In this document: positions 46,681 through 51,354 of the stretch, piece after piece
Layout of the letters: each line of letters opens with the position of its first letter
Numbering within the stretch: the stretch's first letter is position 1
Source of the DNA: Nemertoderma westbladi
Lineage: Eukaryota; Animalia; Xenacoelomorpha
Length of the DNA stretch: 51,354 nt
Direction: 5' to 3'
Assembly: GCA_032718475.1 (NCBI GenBank)
Contig: JAUCBJ010001345.1
Location: forward strand, 1-51,354
Position numbers and translations under genes: made by a program
Notes under the pieces: generated by a model
Told to the model about the DNA's origin: nothing
Seen by the model: the letters and a program-made list of their open reading frames with translations, nothing else
The model's database searches: none

Positions 46681-49600
46681 GCCACAGAGTATTACAGGAT
46701 CCGAAGATCCGTTGTTTCAAGAACATTATGAGGGGCCACAGAGTATAACAGGATCCGAAGATCCGTTGTTTCAAGAACATTATGAGGGGCCACAAAGTAT
46801 TACAGGATCCGAAGATCCGTTGTTTCAAGAACATTATGAGGGGCCACAGAGTATAACAGGATCCGAAGATCCGTTGTTTCAAGAACATTATGAGGGGCCA
46901 CAGAGTATTACAGGATCCGAAGATCCGTTGTTTCAAGAACATTATGAGGGACCACATAGTATTACAGGATCTGAAGATCCGTTGTTTCAAGAACATTATG
47001 AGGGGCCACAGAGTATTACAGGATCCGAAGATCCGTTGTTTCAAGAACATTATGAGGGGCCACAGAGTATTACAGGATCCGAAGATCCGTTGTTTCAAGA
47101 ACATTATGAGGGGCCACAAAGTATTACAGGATCCGAAGATCCGTTGTTTCAAGAACATTATGAGGGGCCACAGAGTATTACAGGATCTGAAGATCCGTTG
47201 TTTCAAGAACATTATGAGGGGCCACAGAGAATTTCAGAATCCTAAGATCCGTTGTTTCAAGAACATTATGAGGGACCACAGAGTATTACAGGATCCTAAG
47301 ATCCGCTGTTTCAATAACATTATGAGGGGCCACAGAGTATAACAGGATCCGAAGATCCGTTGTTTCAAGATCATTATGAGGGGCCACAGAGTATAACAGG
47401 ATCCGAAGATCCGTTGTTTCAAGAACATTATGAGGGGCCACAGAGTATTACAGGATCCTAAGATCCGTTGTTTCAAGAACATTATGAGGGGCCACAGAGT
47501 ATTACAGGATCCTAAGATCCGTTGTTTCAAGAACATTATGAGGGGCCACAGAGTATAACAGGATCCTAAGATCCGTTGTTTCAAGAACATTATGAGGGGC
47601 CACAGAGTATAACAGGATCCTAAGATCCGTTGTTTCAAGAACATTATGAGGGGCCACAGAGTATAACAGGATCCTAAGATCCGTTGTTTCAAGAACATTA
47701 TGAGGGGCCACAGAGTATTACAGGATCCTAAGATCCGTTGTTTCAAGAACATTATGAGGGGCCACAGAGTATTACAGGATCCTAAGATCCGTTGTTTCAA
47801 GAACATTATGAGGGGCCACAGAGTATAACAGGATCCTAAGATCCGTTGTTTCAAGAACATTATGAGGGGCCACAGAGTATAACAGGATCCTAAGATCCGT
47901 TGTTTCAAGAACATTATGAGGGGCCACAGAGTATAACAGGATCCGAAGATCCGTTGTTTCAAGATCGTTATGAGGGGCCACAGAGTATAACAGGATCCGA
48001 AGATCCGTTGTTTCAAGAACATTATGAGGGACCACAGAGTATTACAGAATCCTAAGATCCGTTGTTTCAAGAACATTATGAGGGGCCACAGAGTATTACA
48101 GAATCCTAAGATCCGTTGTTTCAAGAACATTATGAGGGGCCACAGAGTATTACAGGATCCGAAAATCCGTTGTTTCAAGAAGATTATGAGGGACCACAGA
48201 GTATAACAGGATCCGAAGATCCGTTGTTTCAAGAACATTATGAGGGGCCACAGAGTATTACAGGATCCGAAGATCCGTTGTTTCAAGAACATTATGAGGG
48301 GCCACAGAGTATTACAGGATCCGAAGATCCGTTGTTTCAAGAACATTATGAGGGGCCACAGAGTATTACAGGATCCGAAGATCCGTTGTTTCAAGAACAT
48401 TATGAGGGGCCACAGAGTATTACAGGATCCGAAGATCCGTTGTTTCAAGAAGATTATGAGGGACCACAGAGTATTACAGAATCCTAAGATCCGTTGTTTC
48501 AAGAACATTATGAGGGGCCACAGAGTATTACAGGATCCTAAGATCCGTTGTTTCAAGAACATTATGAGGGACCACAGAGTATTACAGAATCCTAAGATCC
48601 GTTGTTTCAAGAACATTATGAGGGGCCACAGAGTATTACAGGATCCTAAGATCCGTTGTTTCAAGAACATTATGAGGGGCCACAGAGTATTACAGGATCC
48701 GAAGATCCGTTGTTTCAAGAACATTATGAGGGGCCACAGAGTATTACAGGATCCGAAGATCCGTTGTTTCAAGAACATTATGAGGGGCCACAGAGTATTA
48801 CAGGATCCGAAGATCCGTTGTTTCAAGAACATTATGAGGGGCCACAGAGTATTACAGGATCCAAAGATCCGTTGTTTCAAGAACATTATGAGGGGCCACA
48901 GAGTATTACAGGATCCTAAGATCCGTTGTTTCAAGAACATTATGAGGGGCCACAGAGTATTACAGGATCCTAAGATCCGTTGTTTCAAGAACATTATGAG
49001 GGGCCACAGAGTATTACAGGATCCGAAGATCCGTTGTTTCAAGAACATTATGAGGGGCCACAGAGTATAACAGGATCCGAAGATCCGTTGTTTCAAGAAC
49101 ATTATGAGGGGCCACAGAGTATTACAGGATCCTAAGATCCGTTGTTTCAAGATCATTATGAGGGGCCACAGAGTATAACAGGATCCGAAGATCCGTTGTT
49201 TCAAGAACATTATGAGGGACCACAGAGTATTACAGAATCCTAAGATCCGTTGTTTCAAGAACATTATGAGGGGCCACAGAGTATTACAGGATCCTAAGAT
49301 CCGTTGTTTCAAGAACATTATGAGGGGCCACAGAGTATTACAGGATCCTAAGATCCGTTGTTTCAAGAACATTATGAGGGACCACAGAGTATTACAGAAT
49401 CCTAAGATCCGTTGTTTCAAGAACATTATGAGGGGCCACAGAGTATTACAGGATCCTAAGATCCGTTGTTTCAAGAACATTATGAGGGGCCACAGAGTAT
49501 TACAGGATCCTAAGATCCGTTGTTTCAAGAACATTATGAGGGGCCACAGAGTATTACAGGATCCTAAGATCCGTTGTTTCAAGAACATTATGAGGGGCCA

Positions 49601-51354
49601 CAGAGTATTACAGGATCCGAAGATCCGTTGTTTCAAGAACATTATGAGGGGCCACAGAGTATTACAGGATCCTAAGATCCGTTGTTTCAAGATCATTATG
49701 AGGGGCCACAGAGTATAACAGGATCCGAAGATCCGTTGTTTCAAGAACATTATGAGGGGCCACAGAGTATTACAGGATCCTAAGATCCGTTGTTTCAAGA
49801 TCATTATGAGGGGCCACAGAGTATAACAGGATCCGAAGATCCGTTGTTTCAAGAACATTATGAGGGACCACAGAGTATTACAGAATCCTAAGATCCGTTG
49901 TTTCAAGAACATTATGAGGGGCCACAGAGTATTACAGGATCCTAAGATCCGTTGTTTCAAGAACATTATGAGGGGCCACAGAGTATTACAGGATCCTAAG
50001 ATCCGTTGTTTCAAGAACATTATGAGGGACCACAGAGTATTACAGAATCCTAAGATCCGTTGTTTCAAGAACATTATGAGGGGCCACAGAGTATTACAGG
50101 ATCCTAAGATCCGTTGTTTCAAGAACATTATGAGGGGCCACAGAGTATTACAGGATCCTAAGATCCGTTGTTTCAAGAACATTATGAGGGGCCACAGAGT
50201 ATAACAGGATCCGAAGATCCGTTGTTTCAAGAACATTATGAGGGGCCACAGAGTATTACAGGATCCGAAGATCCGTTGTTTCAAGAACATTATGAGGGGC
50301 CACAGAGTATTACAGGATCCTAAGATCCGTTGTTTCAAGAACATTATGAGGGGCCACAGAGTATTACAGGATCCTAAGATCCGTTGTTTCAAGAACATTA
50401 TGAGGGGCCACAGAGTATTACAGGATCCTAAGATCCGTTGTTTCAAGAACATTATGAGGGGCCACAGAGTATAACAGGATCCGAAGATCCGTTGTTTCAA
50501 GAACATTATGAGGGACCACAGAGTATAACAGGATCCGAAGATCCGTTGTTTCAAGAACATTATGAGGGGCCACAGAGTATTACAGGATCCGAAGATCCGT
50601 TGTTTCAAGAACATTATGAGGGGCCACAGAGTATTACAGGATCCGAAGATCCGTTGTTTCAAGAACATTATGAGGGGCCACAGAGTATTACAGGATCCGA
50701 AGATCCGTTGTTTCAAGAACATTATGAGGGGCCACAGAGTATTACAGGATCCTAAGATCCGTTGTTTCAAGAACATTATGAGGGGCCACAGAGTATTACA
50801 GGATCCTAAGATCCGTTGTTTCAAGAACATTATGAGGGGCCACAGAGTATTACAGGATCCTAAGATCCGTTGTTTCAAGAACATTATGAGGGGCCACAGA
50901 GTATTACAGGATCCTAAGATCCGTTGTTTCAAGAACATTATGAGGGGCCACAGAGTATTACAGGATCCGAAGATCCGTTGTTTCAAGAACATTATGAGGG
51001 GCCACAGAGTATTACAGGATCCTAAGATCCGTTGTTTCAAGAACATTATGAGGGGCCACAGAGTATTACAGGATCCTAAGATCCGTTGTTTCAAGAACAT
51101 TATGAGGGGCCACAGAGTATTACAGGATCCTAAGATCCGTTGTTTCAAGAACATTATGAGGGGCCACAGAGTATAACAGGATCCGAAGATCCGTTGTTTC
51201 AAGAACATTATGAGGGACCACAGAGTATTACAGAATCCTAAGATCCGTTGTTTCAAGAACATTATGAGGGGCCACAGAGTATTACAGGATCCTAAGATCC
51301 GTTGTTTCAAGAACATTATGAGGGGCCACAGAGTATTACAGGATCCTAAGATCC
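46681..51354. repeat. 54-bp satellite, at least 86 highly homogeneous units, running off the window end
   Basis: Unit GAGGGGCCACAGAGTATTACAGGATCC[G/T]AAGATCCGTTGTTTCAAGAACATTAT; most units contain a BamHI site. Confidence 0.97.

Noticed and set aside
47234-51316. 1360-aa minus-strand ORF (MFLKQRILGSCNTLWPLI)n, superficially LRR-like
   Set aside because: Product of a 54-bp unit with no stop in that frame; common variants are non-synonymous there (N/Y, L/F, S/F, P/S) and no domain is recognisable.

Overview
Animal (probably invertebrate) nuclear DNA, repeat-saturated and not prokaryotic. About 1-17.2 kb is a nest of retroelements: a CR1/L2-type LINE fragment, a rearranged BEL/Pao element split by a full-length CsRn1-like Ty3/Gypsy element (two ~263-bp LTRs, 5-bp TSD, tRNA-Trp PBS), a fibrinogen-domain (FReD) exon, a 3'-truncated Mag-like Gypsy element and a CR1/L2-group LINE with an intact PHD-EN-RT ORF2. 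About 18-51 kb holds three phase-compatible minus-strand exons of an L1-family (neuroglian/NrCAM-like) Ig/FN3 adhesion gene, separated and flanked by four unrelated tandem arrays (27, 34, 30 and 54 bp units) that carry RTE LINE insertions. The most unusual item is a 1462-codon minus-strand open frame missing from the ORF track: the 27-bp array reads as a mucin-like (TTTPPSPVP)n, passes three mutually compensating frameshifts and continues in frame into an RTE endonuclease fragment. I cannot demonstrate a new biological system from sequence alone. Family assignments rest on recognised motifs, not database searches.
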